Shown here piece after piece: positions 1 to 8,604 of a stretch of DNA of 64,000 nt. The stretch comes from Longimicrobiales bacterium. Lineage in GTDB: Bacteria; Gemmatimonadota; Gemmatimonadetes; Longimicrobiales; Gaopeijiaceae. Where the stretch lies: positions 896,001 through 960,000 of the forward strand of contig OZ250165.1 of assembly GCA_965238005.1 (NCBI GenBank). Reading direction: 5' to 3'. The notes beneath the pieces were generated by a model, which worked only from the letters and a program-made list of their open reading frames with translations, had not been told where the DNA came from and made no database searches. A program made the position numbers and the translations under genes. Every line of letters begins with the position of its first letter. Position 1 is the stretch's first letter.

Positions 1-1251
1 GAAACTCCGGCGGGTACGGCGCATGTGTTCTTGGCATCGTGGACTCCTCCTGTCTCCCTCACTACTGAGGTGTCCACCAAAGCGGGTCAACTCCAGATGG
101 ATGAGGCGATGGGAATGCCCTCCCAGATGTGGCAGGATTACATCGAGCACTCCACCTTCGACGATTACTGGAAGCGAATGGATCTCGCAGGCCATTTCGA
201 GAACATCGACTATCCGGCCCTTCACATCACCGGCTGGTTTGACGGGGACCAGGGGGGAGAGATGTTCTTTTATGAAGGTATGACCGCCGAGTCGCCGGCG
301 GCGGATCGCCAATGGCTCCTCCTCGGCCCGTGGACCCACGGCGGCACCCGCAACCCGAGGCTCGAGGTGGCTGACTTCTCGTTCGATAAAGAGGCCATTG
401 TCGATATGAAGGAACTGCACCTTCAGTGGTTCGACTACTGGCTGAAGGACAAGACCGACAACGGCATCGACAAAGAACCCAAGGTGAAGTACTACCTGAC
501 CGGCATAAACAAATGGCTGACTTCTCCGTCGTGGCCGCCCCCGCGGGTGAGCACGGAGAACTGGTACCTGCACAGTGGCGGAACGGCCAACACCATGGCC
601 GGTGACGGAGTGCTTTCGCGCGAACCGCCGGGATCCGAGACGCCCGACCGCTACATCTACAACCCGGAATTCCCGGTTCCAACGACTCCTGACAAGGCAT
701 TGTCGTGGACACACTCCGGGCAATCGTTGGACCAGCGTTTTGTCGAGCGACGCGACGACGTATTGGTCTACACGAGTGAGTTGCTGACCGAACCGGTGGC
801 CATTGCAGGCCGCATCAAGCTCGTGTTCTACGCGTCCAGTGACGCTCGTGATACCGATTTCATGGCGAAGCTGATTGACGTACACCCGGACGAGCGCGCC
901 GTGATGTTGGGACCGTATATCGGCGCAATCCGGGCTCGCTTCCGCGATTCGTTATCCGAGCCACGGCTGATGACGCCAGGCGAGATCTATCGGTTCGAAA
1001 TCGATTTGAGCCATGTCGGACACGTGTTCCAGCCCGGGCATCGTGTCCGCGTGGAAATCACGAGCAGCAACTTTCCACTCTATGCTCGGAACCCGAATAC
1101 CGGTGCACCGATCGGCACTACCACCGAGATGCGGCTCGCCCGGCAGACCATCTTTCACGACAGCGAGCACCCTTCCACGCTCATTCTGCCGGTGCTGCCG
1201 GCCGAAGTGTATCGCAATGCAGACCGCGCGAGTGGGAACCTTCAGAATTAG
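1..1251 (+). CDS. CocE/NonD family hydrolase (PepX_C-type C-terminal domain), 5'-truncated by the window edge
   Basis: Frame open from base 1. Motifs HITGWFD, LLLGPWTHG, VERRDDVLVYTS, DTDFMAKL, RVEITSSNFPLYARNPNTG. Confidence 0.9.
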   Translation, partial: ETPAGTAHVFLASWTPPVSLTTEVSTKAGQLQMDEAMGMPSQMWQDYIEHSTFDDYWKRMDLAGHFENIDYPALHITGWFDGDQGGEMFFYEGMTAESPAADRQWLLLGPWTHGGTRNPRLEVADFSFDKEAIVDMKELHLQWFDYWLKDKTDNGIDKEPKVKYYLTGINKWLTSPSWPPPRVSTENWYLHSGGTANTMAGDGVLSREPPGSETPDRYIYNPEFPVPTTPDKALSWTHSGQSLDQRFVERRDDVLVYTSELLTEPVAIAGRIKLVFYASSDARDTDFMAKLIDVHPDERAVMLGPYIGAIRARFRDSLSEPRLMTPGEIYRFEIDLSHVGHVFQPGHRVRVEITSSNFPLYARNPNTGAPIGTTTEMRLARQTIFHDSEHPSTLILPVLPAEVYRNADRASGNLQN

Positions 1252-1477
1252 TATGAAGGATGCTTCACCTTCCAGACGCTCCCCGGCGGGACGCTCGTTC
1301 CCAAAGACGAGATCCGAATCGAGCTGACACAAGACGGGGTCCCTACGGATGAGCCAGGAGGTGGGCCATGGACAGGTGGCCAGGTGTCGAAGCCTTCGTT
1401 GGGGAAGCGGCGGCAGCTGGAAAGCTGACTGAGGGTCAGCTCGCCAAATGGGTGCGAAGACACATCGGCCCACGCGC

Positions 1478-1640
1478 TCACCGTGGCGCACGACGCAGAT
1501 GGCGGTCGAAGAACGCCGCCGCCCGTCGCACGAAGTCGTATCGCGACGCCTCGGTCTGAATCGTGTGCGGCTCGACCGGATAGTACATCACCTCGAAATC
1601 CTTCTCGAGTTCGATCAGCTTCTGCACAAGCCGGGCGGCC
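1478..1640 (-). pseudogene. Orphan C-terminal fragment (~52 aa) of an S9 peptidase
   Basis: Minus strand reads ARLVQKLIELEKDFEVMYYPVEPHTIQTEASRYDFVRRAAAFFDRHLRRAPR*, the catalytic-His region. No start codon or upstream catalytic domain. Confidence 0.75.
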
Positions 1641-1877
1641 CTTGCGAAGGCTCTGGCGGATCGCTCAGTGCGTCAGGCGCGGGTCCGCCGCAGAAGCCCT
1701 AGACGCTAGCATCAGCGCAACTCCAATCGGTCCGTTTGACCGATCATCCAAGAAGTGAGCACCCCGGCCATAGCCACGCTATACCACTCGGCATATGTTT
1801 TCCTCCGGGTTCTCTTTTCATCCGAGGCAGACAAAGCACATTCCGCGATCACACCCAACTCCAACAGGATGTAGCGC

Positions 1878-3074
1878 ATGGCATTCGGAGTCATTGGAGA
1901 CGAGACAGTAGAAACGGACCAGGCAGAGAAAAAAATCGTCAAAGCCATCACCACGGAGACCATCGTTTCCTTGGTTATCGCCGGAGGCTTGTTTGGTGTC
2001 TTCGCGTCGATAATGGGTCTTGCCTACACACTCAAGACTATGATGGGGACGGCTCACGATCTCATACTGAACACCGTCTTCTTCCTGATGGGAGTCATCA
2101 TCATCGCGGGTGCCTTCACGTCAGTCATCTCCGAGTTCGGCATCGTGAGCATCGCCAACCGAATCCTGTCTCCGCTGATGAAGCCGCTCTTTGGACTACC
2201 CGGCGCGATTTCGGTCGGCGCTGTTGCCACCTATCTATCGGACAATCCCGCCGTCATGCCGTTGAGCGCCGATAAAGGGTTCCTGAAGTACTTCAAGAAA
2301 TGGCAAGTCACGACGTTGGTGAACTTGGGCACCGTCTTCGGCATGGGGCTCATCGTGACAACGTTCATGTTGGCTTTGTCATCAGATACTGAGTCGTTGG
2401 GGAGAGCAGTCCTGCTGGGTAACATCGGCGCGATTCTAGGGGGCGTTGTCAGCGTCAGGCTCATGGGGTACTTCGGAAAGAAGAAATACGGGAAAGACGA
2501 GGACGTAGTCTCCGGGGAGGTAGAAGGTTACGACATTTTTCGTTATCGAGAAGTCCGTCAAGGCAACGTCGCGCAGCGGGTCCTGCAAGCCATGCTCGAC
2601 GGCGGCGTCCATGGTGTCAAGACGGGTTTCGACATCATGCCCGGGGTCATCATCATCACCACCATGGTCATGATGCTCGCCTATGGACAACCGAGCGAGG
2701 GAGTGTATACCGGAGGTGCATATGAAGGGATCGCTTTCTTTCCTTGGATCGGAGGGAAACTGTCCTTCATCATCGAACCGCTGTTTGGGTTCTCCAATCC
2801 GGAAGCTATCGCGTTCCCGGTCACGTCTCTGGGATCGGTTGGCGCCGCAATTGCCATGGTTCCGCAGTTCCTGGAGAGCGGTATCATAGACGCCAAAGCC
2901 GTTTGTGTCTTTACCGCTATCGGCATCTGCAACGCAGGCTTCCTGAGTACTCATGTGGGCATGATGGACGGCATCAAGGAGCGGGACCTGACCAGCGTGG
3001 CCATCGCCACCCACTTCACCGGTGGTCTCTGCGCTGGAGTGATAGGGCACATGCTCTTCCTGCTTTTTGGGTGA
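1878..3074 (+). CDS. CD0519/CD1768-family polytopic membrane protein (putative transporter)
   Basis: Many TM segments. Motifs SPLMKPLFGLPGA, TYLSDNPA, YFKKWQ..LVNLGTVFGMGL, AIAFPVTSLGSVGAA, FLSTHVGMMD. Confidence 0.75.
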   Translation: MAFGVIGDETVETDQAEKKIVKAITTETIVSLVIAGGLFGVFASIMGLAYTLKTMMGTAHDLILNTVFFLMGVIIIAGAFTSVISEFGIVSIANRILSPLMKPLFGLPGAISVGAVATYLSDNPAVMPLSADKGFLKYFKKWQVTTLVNLGTVFGMGLIVTTFMLALSSDTESLGRAVLLGNIGAILGGVVSVRLMGYFGKKKYGKDEDVVSGEVEGYDIFRYREVRQGNVAQRVLQAMLDGGVHGVKTGFDIMPGVIIITTMVMMLAYGQPSEGVYTGGAYEGIAFFPWIGGKLSFIIEPLFGFSNPEAIAFPVTSLGSVGAAIAMVPQFLESGIIDAKAVCVFTAIGICNAGFLSTHVGMMDGIKERDLTSVAIATHFTGGLCAGVIGHMLFLLFG

Positions 3075-3163
3075 AGGGGGTAACCACTCTCGCCTTTCCC
3101 CTCCCCGCCCGACCACAACGCACTGACTTGAAGCCGGCCACATGATGGTCATCTTGGCTGGCC

Positions 3164-6100
3164 CTATTGCCACCACCACTGTCTCGGCAGGGCGCGCTGC
3201 CGGGGCCAAACCTCGTCCAGCGTGTCGGCGTCATAGAGGCGGCCATTCAGCATGACGAAGCGGATCGACTGCGTGTTTCGGATATCGAGCAGCGGATTCC
3301 GATCAAGGACCTGGAGGTCCGCCAATTTCCCCGTCTCCAACGAGCCCAGATCCTGATCGAGGCCCAGGGCGATGGCCCCATTGATCGTCGCGGAACGGAG
3401 GATCTCCCGGCTGGGGATATCACCCATGCCATGCATCTCCAGCTCCCAGTGATAGCCCAAGCCTTGGAGGTTGCCGTGCCCACCGATGGCCAACAACGCC
3501 CCTGCCTCGATCATCTTCCTGAGCCCCTCGGCGTCTTGCTTTAAGGTGAACTGGTTCTCCGCGTACCAGTTTCCTCGACGCAGTACTCGCCGATCGATCT
3601 CCTCGTGCGGGACGAACCGCCGAAGCTTGGGATCATCGTGGATGTTCCGCCGATAGTAAAAATAGTCTTCACCCTGGGCTGAGCTGGTGAGGGACGTGAT
3701 CAACGTGGCGGTGAAGGCGACCTTACTGGCCGCGACGACCGTCACGAGGTCCTTGTAGATCGGAAGGAAGGGCCATCCATGGCCGATCTCGTGATACCCG
3801 TCCCACACTTCGGTGAGATACTTGGCCATGTCCATGTCGGGATCGGTCACTGCGGTGACGCGCTTCTCCCGAGCGGCCATGATGATCCATTGTCGCACCT
3901 TCCGCTCGCCCGGGGAGTACTCCTTTATATAGTTCGTCCCGTAGAAGTCGTGATATCGGGCAATGAGGTTGCGCGCCTCCTCGAGGCTGGTGATGTTTTG
4001 GTCTCCGTGAAGCGCCGGACCCGTCGCGTACAGCCGCGGGCCGAACATCGCCCCCGTCTGCACCAGCTCCGCGTAGCCAAACGCATCCATACCTGTCGAG
4101 GGATCGCGGATCGTCGTGATTCCGTAGGCCACGTTCGCGTGGTACTCCCACTTGCTTGTACGCAGGAGATCCCATGTGCCGGCACCGACGTGCCCGTGGG
4201 CGTCGACATAGCCCGGCAGGATCGTCTTACCCCTGACATCGATCACCTCCGCCCCCTCAGGAATCGCCACCCGTCCAGAGGCACCGACAGCCGTGATCCG
4301 GTTATCGGTTACCACCAGATCACCATTCTCGATGACCTCGCTACCGTTCATCGTGATCAGTCGCGCGCCGCGGAACACCACGGTTCCTTGCGGTCGATCC
4401 TGGGGAACAACAAGCGTGACATCGAGCCGTCGCGCGGGGCTCCTTCCATCGTTCGCCCCATCGGCCGTAGAGGGTGCATCGATCGTGAAGAAAGATCGGC
4501 CGATCGAATAGTGGATGGTCTTTGCATCCCGGCTCCAGTCGGGGAAATGCGCCGCGATCGACGTGAGCTTGCGGAGGGGCACTCCAGACGCCGCCGGCGT
4601 CACGAGGTTGATGGTGGCTGCCGGCACACCGGGCATGGCAAAATGGTAGAGCTGCGGTCCGGGACCGCCCGTGGCAATGGCTTGGGCCCCATCGGGCGAG
4701 ATCCAGACATTCTGGGCGCCTGGAACCTTCACCTCCACCCGTCGGTCCTGACCATCCCAGCGCATCGAGACTAGCTCGACCGATCCGCTCCCGTCATTGG
4801 CCGCGACCCAGACGCGCGAGGTATCGCTGATGAACTGGGGCGTGGCAGTGCCCGGTGCGATGACCGTCGCCTCCCCACCATCGCTCGGCAGCCACACCAG
4901 ATCGCTCAGCTCGGCCCCGTCCCCCCGCAGCTGCTGCTGCCGCCCGCGGCGCCGGGCTACGATGCGGCGTCCGTCGGAGGAATAGGTTGGCGTGTCGTAG
5001 TGCGCACGACGGGTTGTGAGGCGTTTCGGCGGCTCCGGTGTGGACGATGTTGCCGAGACGCGGTATATGTCACCCCCTGGATTCTGCCCTTCGTTGGTCC
5101 AGGTCACATACGCGATGAACTGTCCATCAGGAGACCAGACAGGCCCATGTTCGCCTAACTCAGACGCTTCGCTGGTGAGGCGACGTGGCCGGCATGCGGA
5201 CCGGCTACCAGCTCCCGACTCGCAGCCGACGAGATCCATCACCCACAGTTTGTTGAGCGCCGTGAACACCAGACGGCGCCCGTCGGGCGATGGCCGCGCC
5301 CCCCGGATCTGACGTACCAGAAGCGTGCTGTCTTTCAGCGGATACTGGAAGCGCTCCAGCGGAGCGAGGCCCAGCTCGACATCGGCCGTAAAGGGAATCT
5401 TGGTGGCCAGCCCCCCCGGAATCGCGATTCGCCAGAAGCTGCCCTTGTTGTAGATGATGAGTGCCTGGCCATCAGGGGTAAACGCCGAGGCGGGCATGAG
5501 GTCACGCGACGTCCAACCCTCCTGCTCGTCCCGCTGCGCGTCCGCCACCAGCATCCGATCATCGCCGGTAGTGAGATCCACGAGCCGGAGCGCCTGGCCC
5601 GCCTCATGACGGGTGCCGTACACCAGCCAGCGGTTGTCGGGGCTGATGATGGGCCGCACCGCACCTCCACGCCTCCGCACGCGCGTCTCGGTCTTGCCGG
5701 TATGTCGGTCGTATACGACGATGGACCGACTACCGTAGCCTACGAGCGCTCCGGCCGCGGCGTAGACGTACCGGGGATCCGAGCCAAAGGCGGGTCCCGA
5801 GACAGACTTGCCTCCGGTCACCGGAAGAGGCGTCCCGGTCCCGCCCCTGAGGTCAAGGAGGACCAGCTCATAGGAATCGTATTCAGGATAGTGACGGACG
5901 GGAAAGGGTGTGCGCACGCGCGACGTCACACCAGCCCCGCGCAGTACGGCGATGTGCCCGTCGGGCGTCCACTCCGGTGATTGATAACGGGAATCATCAC
6001 CCTGCGTAATCATGCGCAGACTGTTCCCGTCGGCCGCACCGATCCAGACGTTATGGGCCCCGCCGCGATCACTCACGAAGACGATTTGCGCGCCGTCCGG

Positions 6101-6397
6101 AGAGAACCGCGGCTGCGCGTCGTAACTGAATCCGCTCGTAATACGCGTCGCCTTCCCCCCGGTGATCGGCAGCGTGTAGAGATCGCCCAACATCTCGAAG
6201 ACGATTGTGCGCCCGTCGGGCGACACGTCCAGATCCAGCCAGGTGCCCTCGTCTGTGGTGAAGCTGACCGTGCGCGTCGGCTCAAGGGGGAACCCCACGG
6301 GATCTGCCCGCTGCGCTTCACCGGCCACGGGTATGGCTACCAGGGCACAGACCAACAGTGCGACCATCAACATGCCCCGGTCGAGATATCGCTTCAT
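3164..6397 (-). CDS. Secreted amidohydrolase with N-terminal PD40/TolB-like beta-propellers
   Basis: Signal peptide, repeated SPDG motifs, GKTILPGYVDAHGH, ATINGA..LGLDQDLGSLETGKLADL. Confidence 0.9.
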   Translation of the reverse strand: MKRYLDRGMLMVALLVCALVAIPVAGEAQRADPVGFPLEPTRTVSFTTDEGTWLDLDVSPDGRTIVFEMLGDLYTLPITGGKATRITSGFSYDAQPRFSPDGAQIVFVSDRGGAHNVWIGAADGNSLRMITQGDDSRYQSPEWTPDGHIAVLRGAGVTSRVRTPFPVRHYPEYDSYELVLLDLRGGTGTPLPVTGGKSVSGPAFGSDPRYVYAAAGALVGYGSRSIVVYDRHTGKTETRVRRRGGAVRPIISPDNRWLVYGTRHEAGQALRLVDLTTGDDRMLVADAQRDEQEGWTSRDLMPASAFTPDGQALIIYNKGSFWRIAIPGGLATKIPFTADVELGLAPLERFQYPLKDSTLLVRQIRGARPSPDGRRLVFTALNKLWVMDLVGCESGAGSRSACRPRRLTSEASELGEHGPVWSPDGQFIAYVTWTNEGQNPGGDIYRVSATSSTPEPPKRLTTRRAHYDTPTYSSDGRRIVARRRGRQQQLRGDGAELSDLVWLPSDGGEATVIAPGTATPQFISDTSRVWVAANDGSGSVELVSMRWDGQDRRVEVKVPGAQNVWISPDGAQAIATGGPGPQLYHFAMPGVPAATINLVTPAASGVPLRKLTSIAAHFPDWSRDAKTIHYSIGRSFFTIDAPSTADGANDGRSPARRLDVTLVVPQDRPQGTVVFRGARLITMNGSEVIENGDLVVTDNRITAVGASGRVAIPEGAEVIDVRGKTILPGYVDAHGHVGAGTWDLLRTSKWEYHANVAYGITTIRDPSTGMDAFGYAELVQTGAMFGPRLYATGPALHGDQNITSLEEARNLIARYHDFYGTNYIKEYSPGERKVRQWIIMAAREKRVTAVTDPDMDMAKYLTEVWDGYHEIGHGWPFLPIYKDLVTVVAASKVAFTATLITSLTSSAQGEDYFYYRRNIHDDPKLRRFVPHEEIDRRVLRRGNWYAENQFTLKQDAEGLRKMIEAGALLAIGGHGNLQGLGYHWELEMHGMGDIPSREILRSATINGAIALGLDQDLGSLETGKLADLQVLDRNPLLDIRNTQSIRFVMLNGRLYDADTLDEVWPRQRALPRQWWWQ

Positions 6398-6427
6398 CTG
6401 GCCTACCCTCCCTCTTTACCTGTCGGG

Positions 6428-8323
6428 TTACGGACTTCTGCCAAGGATGCGCGTGTCGAGACTCACCAGCCCGGAGCGGAACCGTCTTCCCGGCTCCACC
6501 GGCCGAATGTCGGTGATTCGAAAGGTGAGCGTCCTTGGCGACGACACTCCTCCCGGGGCGAGCACTGCTCCGGAGAGCTGCGGGCTGAAATCCCACACGG
6601 CTCCGGTTCCGTTCTCGCCGTTATCCGTGTTCAGAATCTCTGCAATACCCAGCTGGGACTCGAGCCGGAGCACCCGAACCTTCACTGGAGCCACGACGGT
6701 TTCTTTCGAAGTATTCCGGAGCTGGGCCGTCAAGGTCAGCGTGCCCGTTGCCCGATCGAAGCTCTGGCGGGAGAGCTCCAGGCGCAGCGAGCTGCTGATG
6801 TCGTCCAGTCCCGCGAGATCGGGAGCCCCATTTCTTACCGCGGTGCCATCCACCGTCACTGACGTCGTCCAGAGCTGCATTACGCCTGTTCGACTGTCGC
6901 TCCAGACTGGATGAAAGGTGCCGTCCAGGTCGGCGGCTAATCCCCCCGTATCACCGCCGCCGATCAAATGTCGCGAGATCACGGCGCTCATCCCCTGGCC
7001 ACCCCGGACGATGATCGGCCACTCGGTTGTTGGCGAGTAGATGTCGTGGGCGACATCGGTGAGCGCCACACTCGCCGAGAAGGTCTCGCCCCCGTCGAGC
7101 GAGGCCGCACCCCGCACGATCCAACCAAGACCATCTCTGGCGTCGCGGGTGTCGTTCCAGGTCACCAGCACGACGCCATCGTTGTTCACGGCCACGACAG
7201 GGAGCAGATGATCAGACGCCGGCTCACCAGGCCCCGGATTTCGATCATCGTTGACGATCACTGGCCGCGACCAGGTCTTGCCCTTGTCCGTCGAATGGAT
7301 GAACTGCACCTGGCCTCGGCTATCCCCGCTGGCCGACGAGGCGGGGAATACCGCATAGAGCCGGTCCTTGAAGGCCTCGCTGCCTGGGTCGACCGCCATC
7401 TGGCCTTGCGGCCACGCGCCTGGTGTGCGGCTCAAGGCGACGGTGAAATCACCAATCTTGGACGCTTCCGAGAAGGTCTCTCCACCGTCGCTCGTGGTGA
7501 CCACGTAGGCCTCCATGTTGGGCCCGAGGAATGGCTGATACTCGTTGTCCCTCCCCCCGGAGGCCCGGCCTGGCTTGCCAAGCCCAAACCAGATGGCGAA
7601 CGTTCCGTCCTGCAGCACCGCACCCGTACCGAAGCCGAGGATGCTTGCCATCTCCGGGTAGAGCGCTTGCACCGGTCCGAGAAACGTGCTCCCGCCATCG
7701 AGCGACCGCCAGAGCTGTACCGCATAACGGGTTCCGACCGACGACGTAATGCCTGGGACGGCCAAATGGCCTGCGACATAGAGGCGGCCGGGATACTTGC
7801 CGTTCCGATCGATTCCGATGTACGGGCGGTCGGTGAACTCGAACCGCGACGCCTCCTTCCATGTGCGGCCCCCATCGGTCGACTTGTACACGACAGTATG
7901 CGCGCTAAAGCCCCAGCTAGTCCCGGGAATGACCGGAATCACGAGAATGACCACGTAGACGTCGTCTCCGAGCCCATAGACGACCGTGGGATCGGCCTGG
8001 GTCGTAGCCTCGGTGACCTGCAAAGTGAGGTCCCAGGTCTTGCCGCCATCGAACGTTACGTAGCAGTTCGTGTCCCGGTCCCGGTCGGGCTCCCTCGCCA
8101 GCACCTGGGAGCACGCGATCAGGCGACCGGGATGCCCCGGGTCGCTCGCGGCCAGAATCTCGTAATGCATCAAGTTCGGTTCCGCCTTGCTCACCTGCAC
8201 GGCGGGCCCGGCGGTGATCGACACCTTCGCGCGTCGGATACTTTGCCCCGAGGCCTGCTGGACGACACATCCCATGAATGCGCCGACGAGGATTACTCCA
8301 CTCACTCGCATCTTCGTCTCCAT
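6428..8323 (-). CDS. Secreted Asp-box/BNR-repeat (sialidase-fold) protein
   Basis: Asp boxes TFDGGKTW, STDGGRTW, SLDGGSTF, TSDGGETF, STDKGKTW, SLDGGETF; signal peptide. Alternative start ATG 8311 after GGAG. Confidence 0.8.
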   Translation of the reverse strand: METKMRVSGVILVGAFMGCVVQQASGQSIRRAKVSITAGPAVQVSKAEPNLMHYEILAASDPGHPGRLIACSQVLAREPDRDRDTNCYVTFDGGKTWDLTLQVTEATTQADPTVVYGLGDDVYVVILVIPVIPGTSWGFSAHTVVYKSTDGGRTWKEASRFEFTDRPYIGIDRNGKYPGRLYVAGHLAVPGITSSVGTRYAVQLWRSLDGGSTFLGPVQALYPEMASILGFGTGAVLQDGTFAIWFGLGKPGRASGGRDNEYQPFLGPNMEAYVVTTSDGGETFSEASKIGDFTVALSRTPGAWPQGQMAVDPGSEAFKDRLYAVFPASSASGDSRGQVQFIHSTDKGKTWSRPVIVNDDRNPGPGEPASDHLLPVVAVNNDGVVLVTWNDTRDARDGLGWIVRGAASLDGGETFSASVALTDVAHDIYSPTTEWPIIVRGGQGMSAVISRHLIGGGDTGGLAADLDGTFHPVWSDSRTGVMQLWTTSVTVDGTAVRNGAPDLAGLDDISSSLRLELSRQSFDRATGTLTLTAQLRNTSKETVVAPVKVRVLRLESQLGIAEILNTDNGENGTGAVWDFSPQLSGAVLAPGGVSSPRTLTFRITDIRPVEPGRRFRSGLVSLDTRILGRSP

Positions 8324-8340
8324 TTCGTTAAGGAATCCCC

Positions 8341-8505
8341 TCAGTTCCGGTTTGCCGGGGGTCGGCCGAGGACCTTCCCATCGAACTTGAGTAGCTCAAA
8401 CGCCGATCGCTGCCGCGGATCCGCCGCCTCCGCACGCGCGAGTCGGAAGCGCAGGACCTTTTCCCCGGTCGTGGCCCCGGTGCGAGCGCGCCCCCGGGCG
8501 CGGCC
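8341..8505 (-). pseudogene. C-terminal remnant of a paralog of the adjacent BNR protein
   Basis: With one G restored in a G-run it reads PGGALAPG-ATTGEKVLRFRLARAEAADPRQRSAFELLKFDGKVLGRPPANRN*, colinear with the neighbour's tail AVLAPGGVSSPRTLTFRITDIRPVEPGRRFRSGLVSLDTRILGRSP*. Confidence 0.55.
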
Positions 8506-8604
8506 AGAAAGGCGAGGGAATGGCAGGGAAGAGGCGATGGACAGAGCGCGTGAAGATGAGAAGTTCTCCCAGGGTGGAGCGTGGCCGGCTGGGGTTCGTG
8601 TCAT

